Counted from the first letter of the stretch, positions 23,301 through 39,150 are shown. The stretch is 64,000 bases of DNA from the human T2T-CHM13v2.0 reference genome, Homo sapiens (GCF_009914755.1 NC_060925.1), one strand, 5' to 3'. Numbers and translations are program-made. Notes: a model not told the origin generated them from the letters alone.

Positions 23301-23656
23301 TAGTTCTTAGGGTATCCTGTCAGAGGACACACTCTTTCTTGCCAGCACAGGCGGCTGAGAGCCCGCAGATGCACAGTCTACCCCACTCGAGCACTGGCCG
23401 TGCTTCTGCTGACAGGAAGGCTGGGAGGGGAGGGCTGGGGGCTCCCGGCAGGTATGCTGCTGATCTCTTAGTGAATATAATTTTCACTGGACAGATGTTT
23501 TCTGCTGGTGGAAAAAGAAATAATAACTGTGCTGGGACCCCCCACTTTCATGGCTGGAGTGTCGCCAGCACTAAAATAACAGCTCTCTTTCAAGTGTGTA
23601 CACACATTCTTCCAGCCCGGTCAGTGGCTGTGGGCCACCCTGAGTCCACACAGAAA

Positions 23657-23842
23657 TGTGTGAGAGTGTGTGTGAGTGAGTGTGTGAGAGAGTGGGTGTG
23701 AGTGTGCTCGTGTGTGTGTGTGCACGTGTTTGTGAGTGTATGCTTGTGTGTGCGTGTGAGTGTGTGTACGTGTATTTGTGTGTGTGAGTGTGCACATGTG
23801 TGTTTGTGAGTGTGAGTGTGTGTGCGTCCACACATGTGTGTG
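23657..23842. repeat. Degenerate (TG/GA)n compound microsatellite
   Basis: Direct reading. Confidence 0.95.
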
Positions 23843-24313
23843 CAAATGTGGTGGGATCGAATGTCCAAATCCTGACTGGCTTCAGGCCCACTTCAGAAAC
23901 GCCTTCTCTTCCAGGAAGCCTCCCCAGACCCCTCAGCTGGAGGCAGTGGTGCTCTTTTAGAGCCTCTGGCTTCCCCCTAGTATTATAGGAGGCCTGGCCA
24001 GGAGTGAAGCAAGTAGAGCCTGGAAAAATGGAACTGAATTTGAATCCAGCATCATCATTTAAGAGCTGTATCATCTCAGGTCCCAGTTTCCCTACTTTAG
24101 AGTAGGAATAACGATACACACCTGCTAGGGTTAGTCCGAGATATTAGTACAGTAATATATACGTGCCCTGCAGAGAGAATGCCTTTCATCGATGTTAGCT
24201 GCCCTCCCTCCAGGACTGTTGCTGGCATTGTGAGGGCAGCACCGAGGATCTTCTCTCATAATCTCTGTCTGTGCTGGCTTCACCACTTCCTTAGGGAAGG
24301 CAACGAACATATA

Positions 24314-24651
24314 CGGTTATGTATCGCTTAATGGCAGGAATGTGCTCTGAGCCATGCTTCCTTAGGCAACTTCATGGCAGTGCGAACATCATAGACTGTA
24401 CTTACACAAAGCTAGATGGTGATGCCTACTACACACCTAGCCTATGTGGTATAGCCTAGTGCTCCTAGGCTACAAACCTGGACAGCATGGTACTGTGCTG
24501 AATGCTGTAGGCAGTTATAACACCATGGTAAGCATTTCTGTATCTAAATACAGAAAAGGCACAGTAAAAATACAGTATTGTAATCTTGTGGGACCATTTG
24601 TGTATATGCTGTCCATCATTGACCAAAACATCAGTATATGGTGCATGACTG
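24314..24651 (+). mobile_element. Tigger3a/b (MER7-type) TcMar MITE
   Basis: TA-flanked; cggttatg...catgactg TIR-like ends; internal gcctactacacacctagcctatgtggtatagcc...ctcctaggctacaaacctg. Confidence 0.8.
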
Positions 24652-26124
24652 TAAACACCTGAAGAGAATGGTGTTTGCTTGACATACACTAGGGATCAAG
24701 AAAGATTTGGTGTCAAAGTGAAAAGTCAACTGATAGACTTGAGAAGCTTTTGGCTTATCAAGCTTAGCAATTGGCTTTATATTCATTCGTTTTTCATTTA
24801 TATAGTAAATACGTTACTAGTTTGAGTGACTTGAGTGTATTGGTCAATGCAAAAGCCACAGCATGATGGAACTAGTAAGGATTTTAGTGACAGGTCACCT
24901 GGTCACTGTGTAGAGAGGGGCAGTGAGTTGCTTAAAGACACGTAGCCATGTAATGGCTAAGCTGGGTTTTGCATTGAGGACTCCTGACTTTCAGATCATT
25001 ACAGGACAACACTTATCTCCATCAAATGCACAGTTTTGACGGAGGCCATCTCTGGGTGTGACAGTCCCAGCCCTTTCAGTAGCTTTCTGCCTTGGAATGA
25101 CACTTTTTGGGCTTCCACTCGGTGCCCCCATGACTGATGTAGGAGTGGAAAGTGCGGTGTTTACTTTCGTTCCTCAATTTCCCCTGTGACGGAAGAATAA
25201 AGAATTCTTTGGTGCCTGGCAGCCCACACCACCCGGCTCCCCTTGAACATGAAAGAGTGCAGGCAGCCGCTTTCACTTCTAATTTGTCTCAAGTGGAATA
25301 ATCCAAAAGGTGGATTTCAGGGGTTTCCTGGAGACAGAAATGCTACCTACCCTGTGGCCTGCATCTGAAGGGGAACTTTCATGAAATACAGCTCAGGTAT
25401 TTGATGTCGCCTGGACAGAATAATGAAACACTTCTTACAGGCAATTTATGAGTCTGAAAAACAGGCAGCTGACTTTCAAAGGCAGACGCCACAGTGCCAG
25501 CAGGTTTCTCTCAAGGTCAAGGCAGAGATGAAAACCTGCCTGAGGCTAAGTGGAGGGAGGTTTGCATTTGGGAGGGTGTGAAGGATTTCATTCCAAAGCT
25601 GTTGGCACCTTTTGCCACACCCCTCTTCTGCATTATGAGGAAAAGACCACTGGACTTGAAATCACAGGTCTGGAGATGAATTCTGACTCCACCACTTACC
25701 AGCTGTGTGACCTTGGGAGGTCACTTGACCTCTCTGAGCACAGGGTTCTCACGATTACAATTAAAGAAACATTCTCACCTCCAATAACTATTATGCATAT
25801 TAAATGTGAAAGTGCTGGACACATAATAGGAAGGCAAAGTGTTAAACCTGAAATGAATGCAAGTGTTTACCACATATGTATTTTGCCAAGGAGTAAAATA
25901 ATAAAAATGGTGACTATTTATTGAGGGCCTGCTATGTGCCGCAACTTAGGGAACCTGGGGCCTACTGCTGGCCCCATCAACAACTTGCTGTGGGCTTTGA
26001 CCAAGTCATGTTTTCTTCTTTCTAGGCTTTGTTTTCCCTATCTAGTAATAAAAGCTGCCATTTACTAAAGACTTTCTACTTGCCAGGAACTGTGAAAATG
26101 ACTTATGTCTCTCTCCCTCTTTTG

Positions 26125-26377
26125 CTTCCTACCTCCCTCCCTCTTTCCTTCCTTCTTCTTTCTCTCCCCTCCCCTCCCCTCCCCTCTCCTCCCTCCTCCC
26201 TTCCTTCCTTCCTCCCTCCCTCCCCTCCTCCCCCTCCCTCCCTCCCTCCCTTCCTTCCTTCCTCCCTTCCTCCCCTCTTCCCCCCTCCCCTCTCCCTCCC
26301 TCCCTCCCTTCCTTCCTTCCTCCCTTCCTCCCCTCTTCCCCCCTCCCTCCCTTCCTCCCCTACCTCTCTTTCTTTCT
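26125..26377. repeat. Polypyrimidine (CCCT/CCTT)n tract with a 58-bp higher-order duplication
   Basis: About 250 nt almost purely C/T; the block ttccttccttcctcccttcctcccctcttcccccctccc recurs at 26251 and 26309. Confidence 0.93.
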
Positions 26378-28149
26378 AACATATTGAGTACCTTCTGCTT
26401 GCCAAGCACTGTTCTAGTCACTGGGATACAGCAATGAACAAAATGGACAAAATTTGATGCCCCTGCATTTATATCTAGCAAGGGGTACTGGAGATAAACA
26501 AAATAAATAAGTAATTTTTATAGTACATTAGAAGGTAATGAGTGCTGTAGAAAAAATAAAGCATGGAAGGAGATAGGGCCTGTATGCAGGAGGTGTGATT
26601 TTACATATATGGCCTCACTGAGAGGGGAACAGTAAGCAAAGATGTGAAGGGGGTGAGGGCAAGTGTCTGCATTTGGGGCAAGGCTTTGCAGGGAGTCAGA
26701 AGGGCAAGTGCAAAGGCCTTGACTGGGAGTGTGCACAAAGTGCTGGAGAACATCAGGGAGCCCATGGCTGCAGCAGAGGGGAGGGAAGGTGGGCAGAGAG
26801 GAAAAGAACTCGGTGGGCCGAATGGGATTGAAACGGGGAGGCTGAGATGGGAAGCTAGTGAAGGTTTTTTTTTTTTTAATTATTATTTTGTTTTTTTTGA
26901 GTTAACCAGATTTTTATTTTAGAAAAATCTTCCTATTTTTACCTTTCTCAAGAAGCATTCTTGTTCCTCTCCCAGCAGGAAACTCTGCCTGTGAAACCTT
27001 GGCCTGAATTCCACCCTTCACCTTAACTCCTCTCCTCCTCTCTCGTCTCAGGGCTCTTTTCTGCCTTTGAGAATTTTGAACAGATAAGTGATGAGATTGC
27101 TCCTTATATTTTAAAAGGATCACTTGATTATGTCACCCAACTCTCTGAGGTGGGTTTTATTATCCCTGATGAAGTAGTTTTTTCTTTCTGTATAGGAAAG
27201 GATTGAAACCAAAGGCCAGAATAAAGGTGTCAATTTCTTTTTGGCCAGAAGGCTCCAGTATCCCGACAGCGGTGCTCATTTGTTGGAATGAGCCCTCAGG
27301 CAACACAGGACACATCACTCATGAATGTCCATGGTGACCCTTCATAGAAGGGCCATATCCTGCTCAGTCTGTCTCCGGATTTTCTAACTGTACCCTTTCT
27401 ATGGTCTAATGTGAAAGTTTCCTCCTCGAGATTTTAATAATTTTAAATAGTAGCTTATATGGGATAACACTTCTCAAACCTTGTCCTCAAAATTCTAACA
27501 CCTCCCAATTATGGTTGAGTAATTACCAAGAAATAAAATGAGACAAATTAAAAAAAAAAAAGGTTTCCTCCTCTAAGAAGACTTTGTGATCCCTTCAGTA
27601 GCCTGAACTTCTGCGTTATTTAATCATAATATCCATTATGCAGTTTGCTTCTCAAAAGCAGAAAGTGCTATGTGTTACTGAAAAGTGCCCTGAACTTGGA
27701 AATAAGAGACCTAGACTTTTTTCTATCCTCCTCCTCCTCCTCTTCACCATCATCATCAATATTATTATGACGCTTAAAAAAATTATTAAACCCAGATATC
27801 ATCTGGAATTTCCAACATCCCAAGATAGCAGGTTAAACCACTATTTCATGTTCTGTGGGCATTTAATATCCTCTTTGAGGCTCTGCAAATTCTCAAAGGT
27901 GCTGAGGTTTTCACAGTCATCTCTGCTTTTGGTCTCTATGTTAGCATATGCACTCTGTATTCTGCAATGTCTAGAACTAGGCATGAAACCCACGCCCTTT
28001 CTTGAAAGGAAGCACACTTGCACAAAGCTTTCATGAATGTAGGAGGTTTCATTAAACACTTGTCACTCAATGGGATCACACAGCACAAACAGCAAGTATC
28101 TTGATATCAATATATCAACTCCACCTTTATTATGTTATTCTGTGTATAA

Positions 28150-28836
<687 letters not shown>

Positions 28837-28839
28837 ATA

Positions 28840-29800
28840 GATAACATATCTTTTTTCTATCCTTTCACTGTTAACATATTTGTGTTTTGAAATGTAAAGT
28901 ACATCCCTTTAGACAGAATATTCTTAAATTTTGCTTTTTTATCTAGTTTGTCATTCTCCTTTTTTTTTTAATTTCATTGGGGAGTTTTAGTCTCTTTACA
29001 TTTAATAAGATTATTAATATGTTTGGGTTTAAGTCTACTACCTTGGTATTTGTTTTCATTCATTTCTTCTGGGTTTTATTCCTTTAATTATCCTTTCCTT
29101 TCCTAATTATATATATTTCTGGAGTTCCATTTTATATCCTCAATTAGCTTCCCATCCGTACTTCTTTTTATTACTTTTTACTGGTTGTTCTATGGCTAAC
29201 AATATGCATCTTTAACTTAACAAATTAAATTTATTTACACTTAATATTATACTGCTTTGTTCTTCTGACTCTTCACACTTTTCATTTCTTAATTCACACC
29301 TGACACTTATTTCCCACTTTACAGATGGAATAGCAGTATAATTCTGTTAATCAACATCTCAAACTTTATGTTTTTGATGTCATACTTTTTATTTCTGCAT
29401 AAGTTACAGACTCTGCCTTACAATGTTCTTACTTTTGCTTTAAATGTTCAGTTGTCTTTTAAGAAAATTATGAAAAAAATCTTTTATGTTTAACCTCTTA
29501 CAAAATTTCTTTTTGTGCTGTTTTTTCTTGCCTTTAGACCAGAGTATCCAGGCAATATTAATGCTTTTCAGCCTAAAAACATCCTTTATCACTTTCTGCA
29601 GTGCAGGTTTGCTGACATCAAACTCTCTCAGCTTTAGTTGATTAAAAAAAGTCTTTATTTAATCCTAGAGTTTGAGGAATATTGTTGATCAATATAGAAT
29701 TGTTTGTTTGATAGATTTTTTTCATTTAGTACTTTAAAATGTTGGTCCATTGTCTTCTTGCCTCCATTGTTTCTGATGAGGAGTCAGCAATAAATCTTTT
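28840..29800 (-). mobile_element. Old L1M fragment (ORF1/ORF2 boundary region)
   Basis: T-rich; ctctctcagcttt...gtctttatt...tatagaatt...ttagtactttaaaatgttggtccattgtcttcttgcctccattgtttctgatgaggagtcagc. Confidence 0.7.
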
Positions 29801-29819
29801 TTTGAAAATTTAAAAATAT

Positions 29820-30520
<701 letters not shown>

Positions 30521-30542
30521 TGCACTTTTTAGAAATATATAT

Positions 30543-33500
30543 CTTTTTTGTATTTCAATAGCTTTTGGGGTACAAGTGGTTTTTGGTTACATGGATGAAT
30601 TGTACAGTGGTGAAGTCTGAGATTTTAGTGCACCCATCATCCAAGTAGTGTACATTGTACCCAATATGTAGTTTCTTATGCCTTGCCTCCCTTGTGTCTT
30701 CCCCCTTCTGAGTCTCTAAAGTCCATTATACCACTCTGTATGCGTTTGCATACCCAGAGTTTAGCTTCCATTTATGAGTGAGAACATATGGTATTTGGTT
30801 TTCTATTTCCGAGTTACTTCACTTAGAATAATGGCCTCCAGCTCCATCCAATTTGCTGAAAAAGACATTATTTCATTCTTTTTATGGTCAAGTAGTATGC
30901 CATGGTGTATATATACACCACGTTTTCTTTATCCATTCTTTGGTTGATGGGCACTTAGATTGGTTCTATATCTTTGAAATTCTGAATTGTGCTGCAATAA
31001 ACCTATGCATGCAGGTATCTTTTTGATATAATGACTTCTTTTCCTTTGGGTAGATACCCAGTAGTGAGATTGCTAGATTGAATGGTAGATCTACTTCTAG
31101 TTCTTTTAGGAATCTCTATACTGTTTTCCTTAGTGGTTGTACTAATTTACATTCCCACCAGCAGTATAAGCATTCTCCTTTTACCACATTCATGCCAACA
31201 CAATTTTTTTTGACTTTTTAATAATGACCATTCTTGCAAGGATAAGGTCCTACCTCATTGTGGTTTTAATTGCATTGCCCTGATGATTAGTGATGTTGAG
31301 CATTTTTTCATTTGTTTATTTTCCATCTGTATATCTTCTTTTGAGAAATGTTTATTCATGTTATTTGCCCACTTTTGGTGGGATTTTTTTTTTCTGATTT
31401 GTTTGAGTTCCTTGTAGATTCTGAATATTAGTCCTTTGTGGAATGAATAGTTTGAAAATATTTCCTCCCAATTCTGTGGGTTGTCTGTTTACCCTGATGA
31501 TTATTTCTTTTGCTGTACAGAAGCTTTTTAGTTTAATTATGTCCCATTTATTTATTTTTGATTTTGTTAATTTGCTTTTGGCGTCTTAGTCATAAATTCT
31601 TTGCCTAGGCCCATGTCCAGAATAGTTTTTCCTAGATTATCTTCCAGAATTTTTATGGTTTCAAGTCTTAGATTTAAGTCTTCAATCCATCTTGAGTTGA
31701 TTTTTATATAAGGTGAGAGATAGGGATCCAGTTTCGTTCTTCTACATGTAGCTATCCAGTTTTCCCAGCACCATTTATTAAATATGGCGTCCTTTCCTCA
31801 GTTTATGTTTTTGTGTGCTGTGTCAAAGATCAATTGGTTGTATTTGGCTTTATTTCTGGGTTCTCCATTCAGTTTCATTGGTCTATGTGTCTACATTTAT
31901 ACCAGGACCATGCTGTTTTGGTAACTCTATAGCCTTGTAGTATAAATTGAAGTCAGGTAATGTGATGCTTCCAGATTTGTTCTCTTTGCTTCAGATTGCT
32001 TTGGCTATTGGGGCCCTTTTTTGGTTCCATATGAATTTTAGGATTTTTTTCCTATTTCTGTGAAAAATGATGTTGGTATTTTGATAAGAATTGCATTGAA
32101 TCTGTAGGCATTGCTTTTGGCAGGATGGTCATTTTCATGATATTGATTCTTCTAATCCATGAACATAGGATGTGTTTCCATTTGTTAGTGTCATCTATGA
32201 TTGCATTCAGCAGTGTTTTGTAGTTTTTTTTTCTTACAGAGATCTTTCACCTCCTTGGTTAAGTATATTTGTAAGTATTTTTTGCAACTAGTGTACAAGG
32301 GATTGAGTTCTTGATTTGATTCTCAATTTGGTTGTTGTGGGTATATAGCAGTGCTACTAATGTGTACATTGATTTTGTAACCTGAAACTTACTGAATTTG
32401 TTTTTCAAATCTAGGAGTCTTTTGGAGGAGTGTTTAGAGTTTTCTAGGTATATGAAAGGGCATCGTATCATTGGTGAACAGCAATAGTTTGGCTCTTCTT
32501 TTCCAATTTGGATAACCTTTACTTTTTTCTCTTGGCTAATTGCTCTGGCTAGGACTTCCAGTACTATGTTGAATAGAAGTGGTGAAAGTGGGCTTCCTTG
32601 TCTTGTTCCAGTTCTCAGGAAATGCTTTCAACTTTTCCCCATTCGGTGTGATGTTGACTGTGGGTTTGTAATATGTGGCTTTTATTATTTTGAAATATGT
32701 TCCTTTTATGCCTAGTTTGTTGAAGGTTTTTATCATAAATGGATGCTGGATTTTACTGAATGCTTTGTCTGCATCTATTGAGATGGTCATATGGTTTTTG
32801 TTTTTAATTCTGTTTATGTGATGAATCACATTTGTTGATTTGTGTATGTATGTTAAACCACCTTGCATCTCTGGGATGAAACCCACTTAATCATGCTATA
32901 TTATCTTTTTGATATGCTGTTGGATTCAGTTAGTTAGTATTTTGTTGAGGATTTTTGCATCTATGTTCATTAAGGATATTGGTCTGTAGTTTTCTTTTTA
33001 ATGTCCTTTCCTGGTTTGGATATCAGGGTGATACTGGCTTCATAGAATGAGTTAGAGAGAATTTCCTCTTTCTTACTTTTTTGGAATAGTTTCAATAAGA
33101 TTGGTACTCATTCTTTGTCTAGTACAATTCAGCTGTGAATCCATTTGGCCCTGGGCTTTTTGATTTGCTAGCATTTTTTTTTTTGTGTTATTGATTCATT
33201 CTCACTGATTGTTACTGATCTGTTCAGGATTTGTATTTCTTCCTGATTTAATCTAGGAGGTTTGTATGTATCCAGGAATTTATCCACTTTCTCTAGATTT
33301 TTTAGTTTGTGTGCATAGAGGTATTCATAGTAGTCTTGAATGATCTTTTGTATTTCTGTGATGTTGGTTGTAGTGTCTCCATTTTCATTTTTAACTGAAC
33401 TTACTTGAATCTTCTCTCTTCTTTTCTTGGTTAATCTAGCTAATCTATCCATTTTCATTTATTTTTTTCAAAGAATCAACTTTTTGTTTCATTGATGTTT

Positions 33501-35136
33501 TGAATATTTTTGGTCTCAATTTCATTTAGTTCTGCTCTGATCTTTGTTATTTCTTTTTTTTATTTTTAACTTTTATTTTAAGTTCAGGGGTACAAGTGCA
33601 GGTTTGTTACACAGGTAAATTTGTGTTGGGGGTTTATTATACAGATTATTTCATCACCCACATATTAAACCTAGTACCCATTAGTTATTTTTCCTGACCC
33701 TCTCCCTCCTCCCACCCTTCACCCTCTTAAAGGCCCCATGTATGTTATTCCCCTCCGTGTGTCCATGTGTCCTCATCATTTAGCTCCCATTTATTATTTC
33801 TTTTCTTCTGCTAGCTTTGGGTTTGGGTTGTTCTTGTTTCTCTAGTTCCTTGAGGTGTGACATTAGGTTGTCAATTTGCGATCTTTCAGACTTTTTGATG
33901 TAGGCATTTAATGCTATAAACTTTCCTCTTAGCACTGCTTTTGCTGTATCTCAGATATTTTGATAACTTGTGTCACTATTATCATTTATTTTAAAGTATT
34001 TTAAAATTTCCATCTTGATTTCATTGTTAACCTAAAAATCATCCAGGAGCAGATTGTTTAATTTCCATGTATTTGTATAGTTTTGAGCGTTCCTTTTGTA
34101 GTTGATTTTTAGTTTTATTACACCATCTGAGAAGACACTTGATACGATTTCAATTTTTAAAAATTTATTGAGACTTGTTTTGTGGCCTATTACGTAGGCT
34201 ATCCTGGTGAATGTTCCATGTACTGATGAGAAAAATGTATATCCTGCAGTTCTTGGGTAGAATGTTCTGTAAATACCTGTTAGGTCCATTTGATCTAGAG
34301 TATAGTTTAAGTCCATTGTTTTTGTGTTGACTTTATGTCTTGATAATCTGTCTAGCACTTTCGATGGAGTGTTGTTGTCCCTCAATATTATTATATTGCT
34401 ATCTGTCTCACTTCTTAGGTCTAGTAGTAATTTTTTTTAATGAATCTAGGAGATCCAGAGTTAGGTGCAAATATTTTAAGGATTGCAATATATTCTTGTT
34501 GGATTGATCCTTTTATCATTATATAATGATCTTCTTTGTCTTTTTTTTTTAACTGTTGTTGCTTTAAGTCTATTTTATCTGATATAAGAATACCCACTCC
34601 TATTCCCTTTTGGTTTCCATTTGCATGGAATATCTTTTTCTATCCCTTTACTTTGAATTTATATGAATCATTATATGTTAGACAAGTCTCTTGAAGACAG
34701 CAGATATTTGATTTGTAATTTTTTAATCCATTCTGCCAATCTGGATCTTTTAAGTGGAACATTTGGGCCATTTATGGTCAAAGTTAATATTCAGATGTGA
34801 GGTAATGTTCTAGTCATCCTGTTGATTGTTACCTAGATACTTTGTTTTCTTCATTGTGTTACTGTTTTATAGGACCTGTGAATTTTATGCTTTCAAGAGG
34901 TTCTCTTCTGGTGCATGTGAAGCTTTTGTTCTAAGATTTAGAACTCCTTTTAGCATTTCTTGTAGGGCTGGTCTGGTGGTGACAAAGTCTCTCAGCATTT
35001 GTTTGTCTGAAAATGACTTTATTTCTCCTTCATTTATGAAACTTAGTTTTTCTGGATACAGAATTCTTGGTTGAGAGTTATTCTGTCTAAGGAGGCTAAA
35101 GATAGAACCCCAATCCTTTCTGGCTGGTAAGGTTTC
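30543..35136 (-). mobile_element. L1PB-type LINE-1 (ORF1 C-terminus, degenerate ORF2, 3'UTR), 5'-truncated
   Basis: ORF-track fragments match L1 ORF2 ([31 protein letters not shown]; YRTFYPRTAGYTFFSSVHGTF); L1PB 3' end ttcaatagcttttggggtacaagtgg. Confidence 0.93.
33558..33790 (-). mobile_element. Short older-L1PA 3'-end insertion nested in the L1PB
   Basis: ttttaagttcaggggtacaagtgcaggtttgttac...catttagctccca; TSD tt(g/a)ttatttctttt. Confidence 0.8.
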
Positions 35137-35149
35137 ATTGTTTTCTGTG

Positions 35150-35823
35150 CAGGCAGTCCCTGACTTATGATGGTTTGACTTATGATCTTTTGACTTTATT
35201 TATTTATTTATTTTTGAGTTGGAGTCTTGCTCTGTCGCCCAGACTGGACTGTAGTGGCCTGATCTCTGCTCACTGCAAGCTCTGCCTCTCGGGTTCACGC
35301 CATTCTCCTTCCTCTGCCTCCTGAGTGGCTGAGACTATGGACGCCTGCCACCATGCCCGGCTAATTTTTTGTATTTTTAGTAGAGATGGGGTTTCACCGT
35401 GCTAGCCAGGATGGTCTCGATCTCCTGACCTCGTGATCCGCCTGCCTCAGCCTTCCCAAAGTGCTGGGATTACAGGCATGAGCCACCGTGCCCGGCCCTT
35501 TTGACTTTATAATAGCATGAAAGCGATGTATTCGATAGAAACTGTACTCTAAGTATCCATAGAACCATCTTGTTTTCACTTGCAGTATAGTATTCAATAA
35601 ATTATACGAGATATTCAACATTTCATTATAAAACGGTTGTTGTGTTGGATGATTTTGCACAACTGCAAGCTAAGGTAAGTGTTCTGAGCATGTTTAAAGT
35701 AGGTTAGGCTAAGCTATGATATTCAGTGGGTTAGGTGTATTAAATGTATTTTCAAATTACAATATTTTCAACTTATGATGGGTTTATTGGGACATAACCT
35801 CGTCATAAGTCAAGAAGCATCAG
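35150..35823 (-). mobile_element. MER47-like Tigger MITE with an inserted AluY (35200-35497, -)
   Basis: gacttatgatgg/cataagtc TIR motifs. AluY diagnostics gcaagctctgcc, ttcacgccattctcc, tagccaggatggtctcgatc; TSD cttttgactttat. Confidence 0.85.
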
Positions 35824-35829
35824 TATAAG

Positions 35830-36720
35830 CATATATTTGTGTTCTGACTGTTTTCAAGACTTGTTCTTGTTTTCATAGTTAGACACTGACATGTCTATGT
35901 GTGTTTTTCTTTGTATTTATCTTACTTGGTGTTCACTGAGTATTTTGAATCTATAAATGTATGTCTTTACTAAATATGGAAATGTTTCAGCTATTATTTT
36001 TTCCAATGTTTTCTTTCCCATTTTTATTCTCTTCTCCTTCTGGGTCTTCTATTACGTGCATTTTGACCATTTGTCACAGTTTTGAAGATCCTGAGATTTT
36101 GTTCATTTTTTTCTCCAATCTTTTTCTTTTGTTTTCTTTAGATTGGCTAATTTCTATTGGTTTATCTTCAAGCTCATTACACTTTTGCCCCCCCAATTTG
36201 TGTTAAGTCCATTGAGACTGTCAATTTAAAAAAATTTCATTATTGTGCATTTCAGTCCTAGTTCTTTTTTGTTTTAGTATCTCTGCTTAGATCTCCTATT
36301 TGTTCACTTATTAAGAGCATCTTCCCACAATTATTTAAAAATATTTATAACTTTTACTTTAAAGTAATTGTCTGCTATATCCAACATCTAGGTTATCTTG
36401 GGATTGGTTTCTTGACTAGAGGTCATGTTTTTCCATTCTTTGCATATCTAGTAATTTTTGATTATACTGAACATTGGTAATATGTTATAGAGATTTTTGA
36501 TTCTGTTATTTTCCTCTGAAAAAATGTTAACTTTTATTCTAGTGGGCAGTAAGGGGTTCAATTACTGTCTCATCACCTTAAATTTCTGTAGGCTCATATT
36601 TATGCTATGATAGGCAGGCTCTGTGGAAAGCCCAATGTCTTTCCCATGCTCCTCTAACTTAATAGGATCAACCTCAAAGTCTGTGTCCCTTGTGAATTTT
36701 GTGAAGGCCTGGTTTTAGGC
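35830..36720 (-). mobile_element. Old L1M ORF1-region fragment
   Basis: T-rich L1M motifs (ttatcttacttggtgttcactgag, tctattggtttatcttcaagctca). Confidence 0.6.
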
Positions 36721-36741
36721 TTTGTTAGGGTAGATCTAAAG

Positions 36742-36930
36742 CTGTGCTACACAATATGGCAGCCACATGTAGCAATTTAAATTTATATTAAATAAAATAG
36801 TTTAAAATAATTTTCTTAGTTGCACTAGTTATATTTCAAGTGCTCAGTAGCCACCTGTTGCTAGTGGTTATCATTTTGGAAAGTACAGATAACATTAATA
36901 TTATCACAGAAAGTTATATTGAACAGTGCT
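36742..36930. mobile_element. MER3-like hAT MITE
   Basis: gcagccacatgtagcaatttaaatt...gttgcactag...tttcaagtgctcagtagccac...cagaaagttatattgaacagtgct. Confidence 0.7.
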
Positions 36931-39150
36931 TATCAAAAGTATGCCTTACTCTAGTGTGTGGTTCTTATTCTTAAATTGTCACCATTTTGGTTTCTCAGTT
37001 GGAGCATTGAAATGTGAATAAGATGTCTTTGCTCTGGCTGGACTATATCTCCTCTGTTTTCTAGAACTGTTTAACTTCTAGCATCTCTGTTCTGTTATCT
37101 ATCCCATTGTAGTTACATTGTGGTAAGCCTGTGTACTCTCATCCTGAGAAGGCATAGCGTAGCTCTCAGTAAAGGACTCCATAGGGCACCCATATACAGG
37201 CTTCTGGGGACCCCTGTCTGTGCAGTTCACTCCTCGCTGGTGCCGTGCCCTACAGATTGTAGTCATGTCAGCTGCTCTGAACTCTGGCTTCTGCCTCATC
37301 AGCTCTTCAGAACTACTATGCTGTGCTCAGATTCTAGCTCTCTGCTCTGCAGTGAGGGAAACCATTCCCAGAGAGCTGGGGCAATTGTGGGGCTCACCTT
37401 GCAAGCTTATCTCCTTTCAGGGATCACGTCATGTGTTGCCTATTGTCCAATGCCAGAAAACTGTTGTCTTCTACATTTTGTTCAGTTTTATGTTTATTCT
37501 GTTTTGTTTTAATCGTGGGAGGGATTTCATACCAGTGATTTCATCATATCATGAAGTAGAGCTCCTATTATTTAGCAAACAACTTAAAATCATAAATACA
37601 ATCTCCTGTTTTTAAAAGCTCCTCTGCTTCTGGATTTTTCTCACTGGAAATTCACCCTGATTAGTGAGTAGCATCACACTATTTTGCTGGCTCCTCTTTC
37701 CTTCTCCTCTTTCCTTTGCTTCTCTTTTTTTCCCACTGAGATTCTCTGGGGTTTATTTTCTTCTATCACGCAGAGGACTCAGCTCTCCACACCTTCTCCC
37801 CTCAAATCTGTATAATCAAAGTCAATGAAATTCCTAGCAGAACCAAAAAGTCCCTCTCCCATTTAATAGGATCTGTCCTCTTTAGAAGATGGTTGTAGTT
37901 ATAGATAGCAAGTATTTTTTTCTTCTAATTTTTATTGTTGTTATTGTAGTATTAGCTACCTTATCTCTGTACTTCACACTTAGACCTCCCTCAAATCTAT
38001 TCACTGCCCATTGGTCAGAATGAACTTTGAAAACTGACCATGTTATTCTTCTTGAATGACTTCGTATAGCAGATAAGATCTAATATCCCCAACTGACATA
38101 GAAGTCCTTCCATGATCTCTTCCTTTTCATGTCTCCAGCTTCATCTCTTGTTTTTCTGCACTAACCCCCAACACCCTCACATACACATAGCCTCAGCAAA
38201 ACAAAAGTGTTTGTGGTTTTCAAAACACACCAAGATTTTTCTTTCCTCTATGCTTTTTCTCATGATGTCTCCTCTGTCTAGAATCCCCTCTCCTTCCCCC
38301 TAATTTTCCCATCTTTACCTGGCTACTCTGACTCATTCTTCAAGACATGGTTTAAAAATATTTTCCTTTTGAAATGATTCCCTGGGTCTGAACTTCTGCA
38401 GCTGGAACAGGTACCTCTTCGAGGTTGCTACTGAGCTTCCTTCTGTCAAATCCCTCGTTGACTAGGAGGGAAGGACTCTGTCCAGTTGGTCTCACCAGTG
38501 CTTAGTATAGAGCTTGGCACATAGTGTGTGTTAATTTCTGCATTAATTCAGTCACCCAATAAATGTTTACTGAGTACTTAGCACGTGCAAGGCAGTGATC
38601 CAAAATCTCTGTTCTTTGGACGTTTATTTTCTTGTGAGACAGGCTGAACACAGGCAAACAGGTATATAATATAATTTAGAAAGTGATAAGTCTTTCTCTA
38701 AAGCAAAGTAAAGGCATAGTAAGCAATGGGGATGCTATTTTGGATAGTGTGCCTCTTTGATGAGGTGGCATTTGAGCAGAGACGTGAATAAAGTAAGGGA
38801 AGGAGCTATGCAGATACCTGGGGAAGCATCATTCTAGGAGAGACAACAAAGAATCTGAAGTGGGAACTTTCTAGGTGTGCTCAAGGAAGAGCAAGCAGAC
38901 TGGTATGGCTGGAGCAGAATGAGTGAGGAGGGCAGTGAGACAGGCAGGTCCCAGATCATCAGACTTTCTAGGCTAAGGTAAAGAATTTAGGTTTTTTCCC
39001 CTAAGTTGAATGAGAAGCCACTGGGAGGTTTTGAGCAGGGGCATGATGTGATCAGACTGGTGTTTTGAAAGGATCATGCTGGCTTCTCTGCTGAGAACAG
39101 ACTGGAGGAGCAAGAGAGGGAACTTGGAGACCAGTTAGAAGATAATTGCA

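Noticed and set aside
23571-26481. Long His/Thr-, Pro/Ser- and Gly/Arg/Glu-rich ORFs
   Set aside because: They are translations of the (TG)n and (CCCT)n simple repeats.
32259-35074. Active LINE-1 / reverse transcriptase gene
   Set aside because: ORF2 is fragmented, 5'-truncated and interrupted by a nested insertion.
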